DNA from: Basidiobolus meristosporus CBS 931.73
Lineage: Eukaryota; Fungi; Basidiobolomycota
Direction: 5' to 3'
Assembly (NCBI GenBank): GCA_002104905.1
Contig: MCFE01000150.1
Coordinates: forward strand, 1 to 64,000
DNA: 64,000 nucleotides
Shown: positions 1-13,279 of the stretch, piece after piece
How the letters are laid out: every line of letters begins with the position of its first letter
Numbering within the stretch: position 1 is the stretch's first letter
The notes under the pieces: generated by a model
Seen by the model: only the letters and a program-made list of their open reading frames with translations
The model's database searches: none
What the model was told of the DNA's origin: nothing
Position numbers and translations under genes: made by a program

Positions 1-522
1 AGTTGTCAAAAAGTCTTATCCCACCTCCTTAAGACATCCTGCTGCTCCCCCAAGACTAAAATAAAGTTTCCTGCCACTTCTGATTTGCCTCCTGCTAGTG
101 ACTGGGCTGTCTGCTACTTTGCCAATGTGGAGTTTATTCCTATATCTGAGCATAGGATGTATCTCAAGCAGCAAGGTTACAATTTATCCAATATTGTAAA
201 CATGAGATTTATCAACCATCACACCCTGGAGGTAGTACTTGACAAAAGTATTGCTAAACAATTCTCTCAAAATGTCTCTGACCAGTTTTACTGGGAACCT
301 ACTGACCATGCCTTTAAAGAGTTTCCTGATTCTCCAGTTTACAAGACCTTCTCATTAGAGGAATCTCTGCTCTCAAGATTCACTTCACTTATGAAAAACT
401 CCCCTTCACCTGCTGTTACCCACTTCCTGAATGATTATTATATCTCTCAAGCTTATCTACTTCACTCCCTCATGGACCTGAGCTGCAGTGTACTCTGGGA
501 TACTGCCTTAACTGTAGCTTAG
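1..522 (+). mobile_element. Non-LTR retrotransposon ORF1-like frame (5'-truncated by window; no ORF2 follows)
   Basis: Frame 1 is open from base 1 to TAG at 520-522. The segment YFANVEFIPISEHRMYLKQQGYNLSNIVNMRFINHHTLEVVL resembles from memory ORF1 of fungal LINE-like elements. It lies in CpG-free repeat DNA. Confidence 0.35.
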
Positions 523-713
523 ATTTATTTGTATTCAACTTAGTGTTTACTTTGGGAATCCTCTATTCCCAGCTGGCTTCTTTATTTGTAGTTAGACTTG
601 ACTGAAATCAAATAAAGATTTCACCTACCTTGGTGACTTTTCCTCCCCTCCCCTAAGGTACTAGATTTCCTATTGGAGTGAAATTGGCCAAGTCTTAAAT
701 GCTGATGCACAAC

Positions 714-1047
714 AGTATTTAAGGAAAGTTAATCCCTCATCAATAAATCATCACTTCTATCGGTAACACTTCTCCGTTATTGATTAGCAGTTGATCACTG
801 CACCTACCTTCAACAGTTATACCTCAAACCTGCCATCAAGGAGCATTTCAGGGTAGTGCACAAGACACACAGTGGTCTTTGGAGACACTTGGAGCACCTA
901 GGAAGCTAGAGAAGCAGGATCTTTTACCATAGTGACATATTGATAAAGACACCAGCTGTTTAGACACAGAGATTATTGCACCTATCAAACATCTCACACA
1001 CCTTGAGTTGTGTGGCTCCTGCCAGGAGTACCTCTGCACCACCACAC
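714..1047 (+). repeat. Fragment of LTR family B (3' part)
   Basis: Direct homology to ~60590-60915 and inverted homology to ~61930-62270 (e.g. cagggtagtgcacaagaca, cacaccttgagttgtgt, ccaggagtacctct). Confidence 0.85.
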
Positions 1048-1757
1048 TGCTAGACCCAAGTAAATGTAGCAAGTGGGTATCCTTGAAACCTGTTGGGGTA
1101 TGATTACCATGCACTATGAAAGTGCGTTGGGGATTCATGCAACACTAGCATGATGAAAAATAAAAGCACTTTATTACCACATGGCTGATGATCAATAACT
1201 CCTGCAGGATACATGTGCGCATGGAACAGAAGTAGTAGTTGCAATGGCGTGAAATAAAGATTCTATTATAGCTATGGTATATATTTAACTTTGGAATATA
1301 CTTTATATCTGGTAGAAGCAATTGGATTACAGATAACTTGCATTAGTCATGAATTTTTTTTATTATATTAAGGCTGCGCATTTTATGGTGCCCAAAGCTT
1401 ATTAAAATATGGAATTATGACCAATTGGGATGATTCCCATCAATTATTAGATATATCATTGAAAGAAATAATTTATTAATTCTGTAATCATCAATACTTG
1501 TACAAAGCACACAGAAAGTGTAGGGAGACAAATTTTGGCCCAGATGCCTACTCTATGACCGGACAATGTGCCAATTGTAGGGTCAAAGTATTTATGGTTA
1601 GGGTGAAAAGGGTCAGCAGGAGGGATTGTAACCCTAAGGGACCAGATCCAACAATGTGAGAAAAGTAATTTAAAGGGAATTTAAAGAGTATGGGAGCAGT
1701 TTGGGGGACTGTGTCCCCAGACCCCTGCTCTTCTAACCTTTTCCCAGCCCTTACTAT

Positions 1758-2105
1758 TGTTGTAAAAGTTTGTATTTCCACCTAAATATTCACTAACTTA
1801 GTCACTTAGATAATCACCTTCAAATCTTAGAGAATACTGACCAAATTCCTTGTTGGGATTTACTTAGAATATTTTCACCAAAATACCAGGTACCCAGAAT
1901 ATGAAAATTCTCAAAGTTGTCCAAACAGCCCCAAGCTTTGCACACATGTTCTTGAGACCTTACTTAACCTACTCTATGTGTTTGCTATGCTAAGACCAGG
2001 TAGAAGCATAAATACTACTTTTACATTCAATAAATCATTAAGTGAGAACCACATAATCTACTTGTCCTCCCAATCACTTCCATTATCTCCAAGACTCTTA
2101 CAACA
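1758..2105 (+). repeat. 5' LTR of copia element (348 bp)
   Basis: Starts TGTTGTAAAA, ends TTACAACA, followed by PBS; homologous to 6087-6417. Confidence 0.95.
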
Positions 2106-2136
2106 GGCTATGAGCCCCAACCTGTCACTCTCTGCA

Positions 2137-5100
2137 ATGTCTACTGCTACTATTACTGGAATTTTTACCTCTGCTGAAAAGTTGGACAATCTAACTACCA
2201 AGTGTGGAAGGTGAAGATGAAGATGCTGCTACAAGAAAGAGGCCTTTGGGATATTGTTGTTGGAGAAGAATGCCCTGCTAAAAACATGGGAGAGGAAGCC
2301 TTAAAGTACCAGAAGAAAGAACAAAGTGCCTTTAACTGCATTTGCCTTAATGTCAAGGACAAATTGCTAATTCAATGCTCATGAGCAAAAACAGCAAAGA
2401 ATGCCTGGAAAGCATTAGAAGACACCTACCAGTCATGTTCAACTGCCAAGAAAATGTATCTGAGACAAAAATTCTTTGCTACAAAGATGCAGCCAGGAGA
2501 AGAAATGAAAAATCTAATTAACAGAATTACCCTGCTGGTAGATGAGATGGAATCTGTGGGAGTAGCAACTACTGATGAGGATGTGATAGTTACCATCCTG
2601 AATAGCCTGACAGACATGTTTCAGGGCCTTGTATCAGCCCTAGAGTCCAGAACTGAAGATTTGACCTTAAATTACGTATATGGAAGGCTCCTGGATGAAG
2701 AATTAAGAGAATCAAGTGCCAATAAGAAGGAAGAAGAAAATGCTTTAATAAGCAATGATAACCAACAAAGGAGATACCCAAGACCCTACAAAGGTAACAG
2801 CACCCTGTTTTGTAACTATTGCAAAAGGAAGGGACACACATCAGAACGGTGTCTCAAAAAGAGAGATAATCAGCAAAAGAAGCCTGAATATGGAAATGCT
2901 GCAACAACTGAAGATAGACTATTCATATCTGCACTAAACATGACCACAAACAAGGATTCTCAGATGTGGTATACTGACTCTGGAGCATCTCGACACTTTA
3001 CACACCAAAAAGAACTTTTTACCAAATATCAGGAAACTCCAATTAAGAAGGTTTTCATGGGTGACAATAGAACACTTGATGCAGTGGGAGAAGGAACTAT
3101 CCAAGTAAACCTAAGAAGCAGTGAAGGAAGCCATACACTGACCTGTAAAGAAGTACTCTATGTACCAGAAATAGCAAAGAACCTACTATCTGTAAGCAAG
3201 GTCACTGCAGAAGGACTCAGTTTCAGCTTTGACAATTCTGGATGTAAGATCACTGATCAAAATGGTGCCCATATTGCTTTGGGTATCAGATATCCAAATT
3301 TATACAAGTTGACTTATATTCCATCATATTTGGAAGCCAATATAAGTAACTTAAGTGAAGAAACACCAATGCTTTGGCACAGGAAATTTAGGCACATCAA
3401 TTTTGATTATTTGCGCAAAATGATCAAAGATTAGCTAATTTCTGGAGTAAAAATTGATCCCCTAGCTAATTTGGAGCACTGTGAAGCCTGCATATATGGG
3501 AAACAAGCCAGACAACTGTTCAAGAGCTCTGGGTTAATCAAAACTAAGAAAAAATTAGATCTAATTCACTCAGATCCTTGTGGACCTATGCAAAATTTAT
3601 CCTTAGGTGGGATGAAGTATTTATTCACTTTTATTGATGATGATACAAGATACACATGGGTCTACTTCATGGAGAGAAAGGAAGAAGCTCTGTCTAAGTT
3701 CAGGGAGTTTTAAGCCATGGTGGAGAGAGAAACTGGTGAAAAAATCAAGAAAATATGTTCTGACAATGGTGGAGAATATACATCCAAACTATTCATCCAC
3801 TTCTGCAAAATCTATGGGATAAGGCAAGAGACTACTGTACCTTACTCCCCACAGCAAAATAGAGTAGCAGAACGTGCTAACAGATCAATAATTGATATGG
3901 CAAGATCTATGATCCATGATCAAAAATTATCCTATGATTTTGGGCGGAATCAGTTACCTCTGCTGTATATCTTAAAAATAGGAGTTATAACAGAATACTT
4001 TGTGAATCTACTCCACTTGAAGCATGGTATGGATACAGACCAAATGTAGAACATCTAAGATTATTTTGGTGTACAGCATATGCCAAGAAACTGCCCGGAA
4101 ATCAGTCAAAATTTGAGCCAAAAAGTGTAATATGCATATTTTGGGCTACTGCAATGAGAGTAAGGCATACAGACTCTTCAATACCAAAGCAAAGAAGCTG
4201 ATCAAGTCCAGGGATGTGTTGTTTGATGAAAATTCAAAATCTTCACAAAAAATGACATCAGATGATGACAAAAATTTGATCTCAAGTCCACCAATTGTCA
4301 GGATTGAATCAGAGCAAAACAATGAAATTTTTCACTCCAGAGGACTCTACAGCCATGGTCCAGCCAGAATCAGTGCCCAGGAATATCCCAGGAGTGATCA
4401 TTCCAGTATCAAATGCCTGGAGATCCAATTGGACAAGAAATAGCCTAAATTACTATATCAATGAGGGTGCAAACTTAGCCTATGCCTATTCAGTCCATGT
4501 TGATGAACCCCAGACTGTAAAAGAGGCCCTAAATAGCCCTCAGACAAAGTTTTGAAGATCTGCAATGACTGAGGAATATCAGGCCCTGATGGAAAATCAA
4601 ACTTGGGACTTAGTCAAATTACCAATCAACCAAAAATCAATTGGATGCAGATAGGTCTTCAAGACAAAATACAAGGCTGATGGTACAGTTGAAATATACA
4701 AAGCAAGACTTGTAGCCAAAGGATACTCTCAAACAAAAGGACTTGACTATACTGAGACCTTTGCACCGGTAGCCAAGATTAATTCCATCAGATTAATATT
4801 GGCTATTGCAGCCAAATATAAGTTTTTTATTCATCAAATGGATGTAAAAGCTGCATTTTTGAATGGAGAACTTGATGAGGACATGTATATGGGCCAGCCT
4901 GATAGGTTTGTTGACCAAGATAACCCCCATTTGGTCTGCAAGCTTAAAAAGTCACTATATGGTCTCAAACAATCACCAAGAGCCTGGAATTGCAAGATAT
5001 ATTCTTATTTAGAATCTTTGAGTTTCAAAAGAAGTAATGCTGACTATAGTATATACTATAAGCCAGATAGAGCAAATCCAGCTCTAATAGCTCTTTATGT

Positions 5101-6077
5101 GGATGATCTTATTATAGCCACCAATAACCTAGAAACATTGGAAGAGACTAAATCCAGCCTATCTAAGGAGTTCAAGATATCTGATCTAGGAGAACTTCGT
5201 TACTACTTAGGGATTAAGTCCTCCATAGACAGAAGTACCCAGACTATCACCCTAAGTCAATCCAAGTATATTCAAATATACTAAAGAAGTACCAAATGGA
5301 AGACTGTAAACCGGCAACTACCCCAATGGAGACAAACCTTAACTTGGTCAAAACTCAACCAAATCAAGAGAACTTGGTGCCATCTGAAAGCCCTGACTTT
5401 CCTTATCAATCTATGGTCAGCAGTCTGATATTTATAATGCTTGGAACACGTCCAGATACCTCATATTCAGTGGGAGTTGTCAGCCAACATAATCAGAACT
5501 ATGGATCTGATCATATTGCAGCAGTTAAGCGTATTTTTAGATACCTAAAAGGAACTGCTGATATCTGCTTAAGATGCACTTATAAGGATTCAGAACAGGA
5601 TCTTGTGGGATACTCTGATGCTGATTGGGGACAAAATTTGGAAGACAAAAGATCCACCACAGGATACACCTTTGTTTACTGTAAAGGAGCGATTTCATGG
5701 AATTCAAGAAAGCAACCAACTGTAGCACTTTCCACCACAGAGGCAGAGTATATGGCAGCCTGTGAAGCTATAAAAGAAGCAATGTGGTTAAGAAAACATT
5801 TTACAGATTTAGGCCTATGTCAAAAAAGGCCTATTACTTTATTTCAAGATAATCAAGGATGTGTACAATTAGGTAGAAATCCAACTTTTCATGCTAGAAC
5901 CAAGCACATAGATATTAGACGTCATTTCATACATGAAGCTATATAGAATAACTTAGTTAGCTTAGTTTACTGTCCTACAGATGAAATGATTGCAGACATA
6001 TTTACCAAACCATTAGCTAGAGACAAGTTTGGATATCTTAAGTCAAAATTAGGACTAGTCAGTATGAACATTTAGCT
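2137..6077 (+). pseudogene. Copia gag-pol pseudogene
   Basis: ORF-track fragments 2202-2384, 2454-3434, 3471-3713, 3717-4049, 4132-4555, 4799-5284 and 5296-5946 are consecutive gag/PR/IN/RT/RH pieces separated by stops and frameshifts. Confidence 0.95.
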
Positions 6078-6086
6078 GAGTGGGAG

Positions 6087-6417
6087 TGTTGTAAAAATTT
6101 GTATTTCCACCTAAATATTCACCTAACTTAGTCACTTAGATCATTACCCTCAAATCCTAGAGAATACTGACCAAATTCCTTGTTGGGATTTACTTAGAAT
6201 ATTTACCCAGAACATGAAAATTCTCAAAGTTGTCCAAACAGCCCCAAACTTTGCATACATGTTCTTGGGACCTTTCTTAACCTATTCTACGTGTTTGTAA
6301 TGCCAAGACCAGGTAAAAGTATAAATACTACTTTTACATTCAATAATCATTAAGTGAAAACCACATAATCTACTTGTTCTGCCAATCACTTCCAATATCT
6401 CCAAGACTCTTACAACA
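6087..6417 (+). repeat. 3' LTR of copia element (331 bp)
   Basis: Preceded by PPT; carries a ~17-bp deletion and many substitutions relative to the 5' LTR. Confidence 0.95.
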
Positions 6418-6878
6418 ATTTGCACAAAATGATCAAAGATTAGCTAATTATCAGAGTAAAAATGGATCCCTCAGCTAATTTGGAGCACTGTGAAGCCTTC
6501 ATATATGGGAAACAAGCCAGACAACCATTCAAGAGCTCTGGGTTAATCAAACTAAGTAAAAAATAGCTCTAATCCACTCAGATCTGTGTGGACCTATGCA
6601 AAATTTATCCTTACGCAGGATGAAGTATTTAATCACTTTTATTGATGATGATACAAGATACACATGGGTCTACTTCATGGACAGAAAGAAAGAAGCTCTG
6701 TCTAAGTTCAGGGAATTTAAAGCTATGGTGGAGAGAGAAACTGGTGAAAAAATCAAGAAAATACGCTCTGACAATGGTGGAGAATATGCCTCATAACTCC
6801 TAATGCACTTCTGCAAACTTTATTGGATAAAGCAAGAGACTACTGTACCATACTCCCTGCAGCAAAATGGAGTGGCAG
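6418..6878 (+). mobile_element. Second copia pol (integrase) fragment of the same family
   Basis: Homologous to ~3408-3870 (aaaatgatcaaagattagctaatt ... IDDDTRYTW ... RSDNGGEY). Confidence 0.9.
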
Positions 6879-7047
6879 TATATCCACACAGATCGATAAT
6901 CGATTTGGCAAGATCTCGGACAAACATGTAGAATAGGTTGAGGAAGGTCCCAAGAACATGTGTGCAAAGTTTGGGGCTGTTTGGACTACTTTGAGATATT
7001 TCATGTTCTGGGCACCTGATGTTTTGGTGAATATATTCCAAGTAGTT
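6876..7047 (-). repeat. Inverted fragment of a copia-family LTR
   Basis: Reverse complement matches the LTR interior (ccaaacagccccaaactttgcacacatgttcttgggacctt). Confidence 0.8.
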
Positions 7048-7394
7048 TCTGAAATCTAATTGATGGAAAACAAGGTCACGACTCAGTGCTTTTAATAAGC
7101 ACAGCTATCATCCTCCTACGTGGAGTAGCCAAACTGTGGTATTCATACGATTACTACTCCTTCTGATTTGGTTTCACCCCGCATTCTCAAATCCCTAGTA
7201 TGCTACGTAGCCAAGCCCAGCTTCATATCTTATTGTACCTCAGTTTCTTTGCCTTCGAAGATATTACCACGCCTTCAACAATGCAGAATTCGGGTGCTTC
7301 ATTGCACGAGGCATTACGCCGGGGATAAACCGACTTGATTAGTTGGAACATTTATTTACAATCGTATTTCCGAAGTATTGCAGGGCAGGCACCA

Positions 7395-8597
7395 TCAGGC
7401 AAGCTTGTCGGAGGCTGAGTGGCTACGATTCCTATAAGCCACGGGTGTCGCCTGGGTGTGTGGTGAAGCTGGCGCAGTTCTAGTATCGGACATTAGTGTG
7501 TGCGAAGCCAAATCTAAACCGGATAATGTAGGGATCGCCACGGCGAAGCGTTTACTGCTTTCAAATGGCTTTTTGGCATATTCTAGAACACACGGGGTTC
7601 ATGAGTTTGAGCTACTGCAGCAAAGGTGGGAATGGGACTTACCTTCGAGGTGAAGCTTGATAGGAATGTTATACGCATAGTCTACGGCTGTCCATCCAGC
7701 AAAATTTTGGTGATTGTGGCGGCACCCTCGTTCTAGTAGTAATGTTGCTGTCTGCAATGAGATTTAGTATATGTCCTTGGCCTGATCTCCAGTCGCATTG
7801 AAGTTACCTTCAAATGTCCCCAAGCAGCAGCGCTTGATTGAAGATACAAGGTGACTTAGCTCCCTGGAATGTCAAGTATAAAGGTCTGAATCAGACTTAC
7901 TGGTGTAAGGCAGTACATCCTTGGCTGTCGGTCTGATTTATGTCTCCACCGTAGTCCAGTATTATCTACCGAGTATTGGGACCCAAGTTAATGACAGGAC
8001 CTCGTAATCCACTGTAGAGATACCTCCTACATTAACCAAATTGTTGTATCCCTCTTTAGCCGCAATAATCAAGGGAAACACGCCAGCTTTGTTAGCCATC
8101 AGCACCGTTTCGGGATATCTTTTGACGTAGATTGTAAAAATCTGGGAAGGGGATTGTTTAGTGATGCGCCACAACCAATGCAAGGTTACTGTTTACCTCC
8201 TCCTCGCGCTTCTCCGTAGCAACAATAAGTACGGTATTCCCTTCGAAATCCTTTGTGAATGGGGCTGACAGTTATTCTCACAAGACCTCAACAATGAGCT
8301 ATGAGAGGGGAGCCTAACCTTGGAGATTTCCTTTTCCTCATGGCCTTGGTCTAGCAGATACTCCACAACCTCCTTTTGACCATTTTCAGTCGCATACATC
8401 AAAGCGGTTCTGCGTGTGGAACAGGGTTAGGACGTTTCTTCCGGCAGGAAACGGTGGCAATGTTGGCTAACGTACTTTCCTGCCATGTCTTGGCTCTGAA
8501 TGTTTACCCCTCGCTCCTCGTACAGTTTTTTAACAAGATAGAGATTTCCTTCGCTAGCAGCAATACGCAATCTATGGGCCGGATCACTTCTGCCCAT
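7395..8597 (-). CDS. Ankyrin-repeat protein, Avo2-like (TORC2-associated), multi-exon
   Basis: Spliced reading: MGRSDPAHRLRIAASEGNLYLVKKL...TALMYATENGQKEVVEYLLDQGHEEKEISK...GVFPLIIAAKEGY...DINQTDSQGCTALH-AAAWGHLK...WTAVDYAY. GT-AG introns; the pattern matches fungal Avo2 from memory. Confidence 0.75.
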
Positions 8598-10024
8598 TTC
8601 TGTTTGTACCTCAAGGTGGGTTTCTATTGTTCTGGATACTTTACTGTGGCCGAATCCTCGCAAAGAGCGGGTGGAGAGAAGCTGTGGACTCTCCCGTGCA
8701 GTGGAAGGAAATCAATTTGGCTACGCATTGGAGATAATCCACAAATTACCCTAAAAGAGCATCAACTCAGATGGTCATTAAACCGTGATTGGAATTCTCT
8801 CGTCATCAATGCCAAGTAAACATCGCGTGTTGGCTATGCAACATCGAGCACAGCGGGCATAGGTTGTTGTTTAGCTAATCCCACTTTAAATCAGGCTTCT
8901 GAATTTCCATTGGACGCAACGCTCTCTCCACTGGAGGGCTGTTACACTTGGAGTTTGCTCAACTGTTGCGCCCATATGATGACAAACAGATGGCCTGATT
9001 ATGGTTGTTCGGGATTGTTTTATCGATCGGAATGCTAGCTACGTATATTTGAATAGCTGGAGGTTAACTGATTCTGCATCATTTAGCCGGCCGAGCCATC
9101 CGCTGGGACCAAGACTGTCAATGGGTGGAAATAACGGCCTGTGGGGATCTAAGGTGAGGGGCCACTATATATATTATACTCTGGCTGGCCCGGGGTGCAT
9201 GTAGCTCACTGACTCGACACAAGGCTCACTGGCATTGGATACATCCAAAGCACCCATCTTGCTTGGCTAGCGCATAGTTGCAGGTTTATGGACGCTCACT
9301 TGATTGCTCAAGTTACACACAGATATGAGCGCTGTCCCGTGACTACCAGCTTCAGAAAGCCCTCATCGTCAAATAAATGGAAATGCAAGCTGCCTCCATG
9401 CTGCTCCAATACAGATCCATCAATGGCCACCGTCCTCAGAGGATTTATACACGCCCACCGGACCATTCAAGGCCGCAGCTAGGGAATCTGTTCAACGCTT
9501 GAAGCAGGCTACCTTTCAATCGACATGCATTATATACAGTAAATAAATTGCTCCTGTCCCTTGACATCCATCAGGCTCATTAGGTTTATATTACTAATTT
9601 GGGCGCTGGGAACAGAATGCGAACCAATATGGCCCATGAAGTAACTCAGTACCCCCTCTTATTTGTTGCAGTCCGTACAGCAATTAACGATTATCTAGTC
9701 TCGCATTAATTAAAATACTAGGCATCCCTTACAGTATTTCAGGGAAGCCCAAATTCTCCCAGAAAATTCAGGATTGCAAGCAGATCAAGATTTCTCAATT
9801 TCATTCGACGCTACGCTAGGAAAGAACCAATCTTCCTACCGAGTCATTCCGGCCAATACTGAGCTGTCGCTTAAATTCCTGGCCCTACCTTGCTGTGGCC
9901 ACACCTCTACCCCTTTCCCGTTTCCTTTACAAGAAGTTTGTCTTTCGCCTGCCGGTTTCTTACACGAAGCAGAACCTCCCTTAGTTGACAACCCCCCTTC
10001 TGAAGCATCTGTAGAAGCCTCCTC

Positions 10025-11737
10025 ATGCTCAAAGTCTCCAAGTCGCACACAACCGTTGGTCAAAATCTCGTAGGTCTGTGGCGGCCCACGTTTACGCGGG
10101 TGGACAAAAGAATATATGTGTTTGGTGGAGGCGGGGTAGTTACCAACGAGCTACATTCACTGGACATTCAATCTCTTGTTTGGACAACACATAAGGTTCG
10201 GGACATTGGACGCCTCGGGATTTCCCTCACCTTGTTAACCCCGCATTAGGATTCAATAGGAAAGCCTCCAACAAAGAGGTATGGACACACCTCCTCCTTG
10301 TACGGCGGGTACATAATCATATTTGGTAAGTCCCCTGTAGCTACGGCCAGGCGCCCTTCCCGAAAAGCATTAACCTGTTGCGTGGCTCAGGCGGTTCCAA
10401 CGAGTTTCAGGAGTACTGCAACGACCTGGTGCTGTATAATATCGAGAAAAAGACATGGATTCATCCACACGTCAACGGCCCCAAGGTCGCCGCAAGATAC
10501 CTCCACACCGCCACTGTATATAAAGACAAACTGTACGTGTATGGCGGATTCGCGCGAAACTCGGACTGTAAGCGGCTTCACCATGTGCGCTTCCACTGCA
10601 GGTACTAATGCCGCTGTCCGTATAGGTACATATGTGCTGGATGAGCTCAACATTCTAGACTTGAAAACCTTTACCTGGTCAGAGCCGATATCGGTTCCGC
10701 CACGCTACAATCACTCCGCAACGATCGTTGGGGACAAGATATACATCTATGCCGGTAAGGATGAGTCTGGCTCCACGGTTGATGACCTGTTCTCTCTGGA
10801 CCTCGTGAATCTCAAGATCCACCCGTGCTTCGGGATTACCGGCAAGATAGAGCTTCTCAAATCCCAGCACTTCACAGAGGCAGTGGGGAATCGGCTGCTT
10901 GTTTTTGGAAAGTACATCTGCGAGGCGATCCCTCAGGCTGCGTACGGGTTGTGGGCTTTGGACCTGACAACGTGGAAATGGACCCAGATGGATTGCAAGA
11001 GTGCGTTGTCGAATGGGGTTTGGAATTATTTCACAGTGATGGAGGACGAGTCCAAAGACCACACCAACCTTCTGCTGCTGGGGAACACGGAGAAGGTCCG
11101 GCCCACCCCGTACGATCACTTCCGCGACCTGCTATCGTTGAATCTGGAGTCGTTTGGCATATGGACCATCCCACCCTCCACGGTCAACTCCGACTTCGCA
11201 TACTTACTGAACGAGCAGGAGCTAAGCGATTTCCAAATCGTCACAGAGGAGGGTCGCACCTTGTACGTGCACAAAGTGATCCTGGTGGCGAGATGGCCCC
11301 ACTTCAGAAGCCTGCTACAAAGCAACATGTCTGAGATCAATGGGGGCAGAATGAAGGTAGAGGAATCCTATCCCGTGATGCACACCTTCCTGAAGTACAT
11401 CTATCAGGATTCCTTCGACGAAGAATCCCCGTGGCATATTACCGCTGACGTGCTGGTCCTAGCCGAGATGTACATGGTTCACAGGCTGAAGAAGATATGC
11501 GCCAACCTGTTGTACCATAAGCACCTCCGCGTGGATACTTGTGCGTATATCTTCCAGCAAGCGGTCATGTCGCAAGAGGAAGGGCTCAAGGTCCTGGTGG
11601 TGGAGTACATCTTCGAGAACTACGGTGCGGTCATGAAAACCAGCGGACTGCTGGACATGCCCGCGCATATCCGGGAGGATTTCCTCGAGTGCGTGCCAGA
11701 CGATGCCACCCTCACCATCATGGCTAAGAAAACCTAG
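10025..11737 (+). CDS. Kelch-repeat + BTB/BACK protein (Ral2/Mds3/LZTR1-like), 4 exons
   Basis: Kelch motifs IYVFGG, RYGHTSSLYGGYIIIFG, RYLHTATVYKDKLYVYGG and RYNHSATIVGDKIYIYAG; BTB SDFQIV...LYVHKVILVARWPHFRSLL. Introns at ~10196-10249, ~10326-10390 and ~10568-10625. Confidence 0.9.
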
Positions 11738-12496
11738 GCGCCGCATCGAAGCTCGCAGGAACCAGCCCGGCGAGTCGTCTGGCACAGCACCCCGCATTGA
11801 GCAGCATTTATTTAGTCCATGGTTCACTTGCGGTGGGCCCATCTGTTTCTATAGAACCCCAGCTTATCTTTACCTTCGAATTTAATGGCATTGATCCCAA
11901 TCTAAACAACCTCCCTAATTAATAGCGTGCTTCTTGTACTCGAGGCTGAGTTGATGTTGGCCACCATACCTGAATCCCTTTCATTTTCACTAGAATCACA
12001 GCTTGTATTACACGACATAATCCTTTGCCCCCGCCCAAGGCACAAGTTTACCATAACCCAGCTAATTTCGGAATTGAATGTAATCAATAGGAGCGCCGTT
12101 GGGCGTCAGGAGATGCGGAGAATAAAGTATCTATCATTAGCTAGAAACGGGGTGTTATCCGTCGATCGTGTCTTCCGTCGACACATCATTTCAAGCTAGG
12201 AGAGCCACGGCGAGGGTACCAGAATCCAGCGTGTGGAATCGCTGGTTCGTTGGCCCTCCTAGCATTAGTGCAACTGTTTCCATAGCGACCAAGGCACGGT
12301 GCTGGCATGGATTGGTGTGGATTTAGAAGCCGTAGCAGTGGTATTTGTCCTACCGGGACTCCAGGTTGACGGCCAGAAAACGCCACGATACAGTAAATAG
12401 ATCCGTTTATTGATAGTATTTCAACTCGGGCTGGTAGAGAGGTCCAAACGCCATGGCGCTATATAAAACGGCGGGTCTAGTTGCCCAGAGGAGCTC

Positions 12497-12837
<341 letters not shown>

Positions 12838-13279
12838 TTTGGCAGAACTGGAGGTAAACCGGGATTAGTCAAAGATTGCGGAGAGGAGGGGTGGGGGAGC
12901 TTCTCCCAAAGAGTCCGCGTCCCAAGCGGGCTGTGTTTGCTGGAGCAACGTGTTACCTGTTGTTGAATCTGGCAGACTAACAAAAGTCGTTGGGCGTTGA
13001 ACTCGTTATGCAATGTAGAAATAATTAGAAATAGCCTAGACCCGGGATAGCCAGGGTCAACTCGAGCCCCATGGCTTCGATATCTGGATTTTTTCGTACA
13101 AGACCCATCTGGTGATGGAAAATTCATGTAAACATTGGCCTCTGGAAATGTATGCACCATCGCTTTGAACTTCTATTTATTATTCCATCCAATCAACAAT
13201 GCAGGTGTGTCATGAGTTTATTTCATTTCTATGCATCCGTAAGCAGTAGGAGTGCGAGTGCAATGGCGTGCCACTAATG

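Larger units (their letters stand above)
1758..6417 (+). mobile_element. Ty1/copia LTR retrotransposon, full length but disabled
   Basis: LTRs 1758-2105 and 6087-6417 (TGTTGTAA...TTACAACA); PBS GGCTATGAGCCC at 2106; PPT GAGTGGGAG at 6078-6086. Domains in copia order: gag (WKVKMKMLLQERGLWDIV, CNYCKRKGHTSERC), protease (WYTDSGASRH), integrase (IDDDTRYTW, SDNGGEY), RT (HQMDVKAAFLNG, YGLKQSPRAW, YVDDL), RNase H (YSDADW). Confidence 0.97.

Noticed and set aside
9774-10073. Upstream ORF as first exon of the Kelch-BTB gene
   Set aside because: It has a TTG start and no motif; the Kelch frame begins cleanly at ATG 10025.
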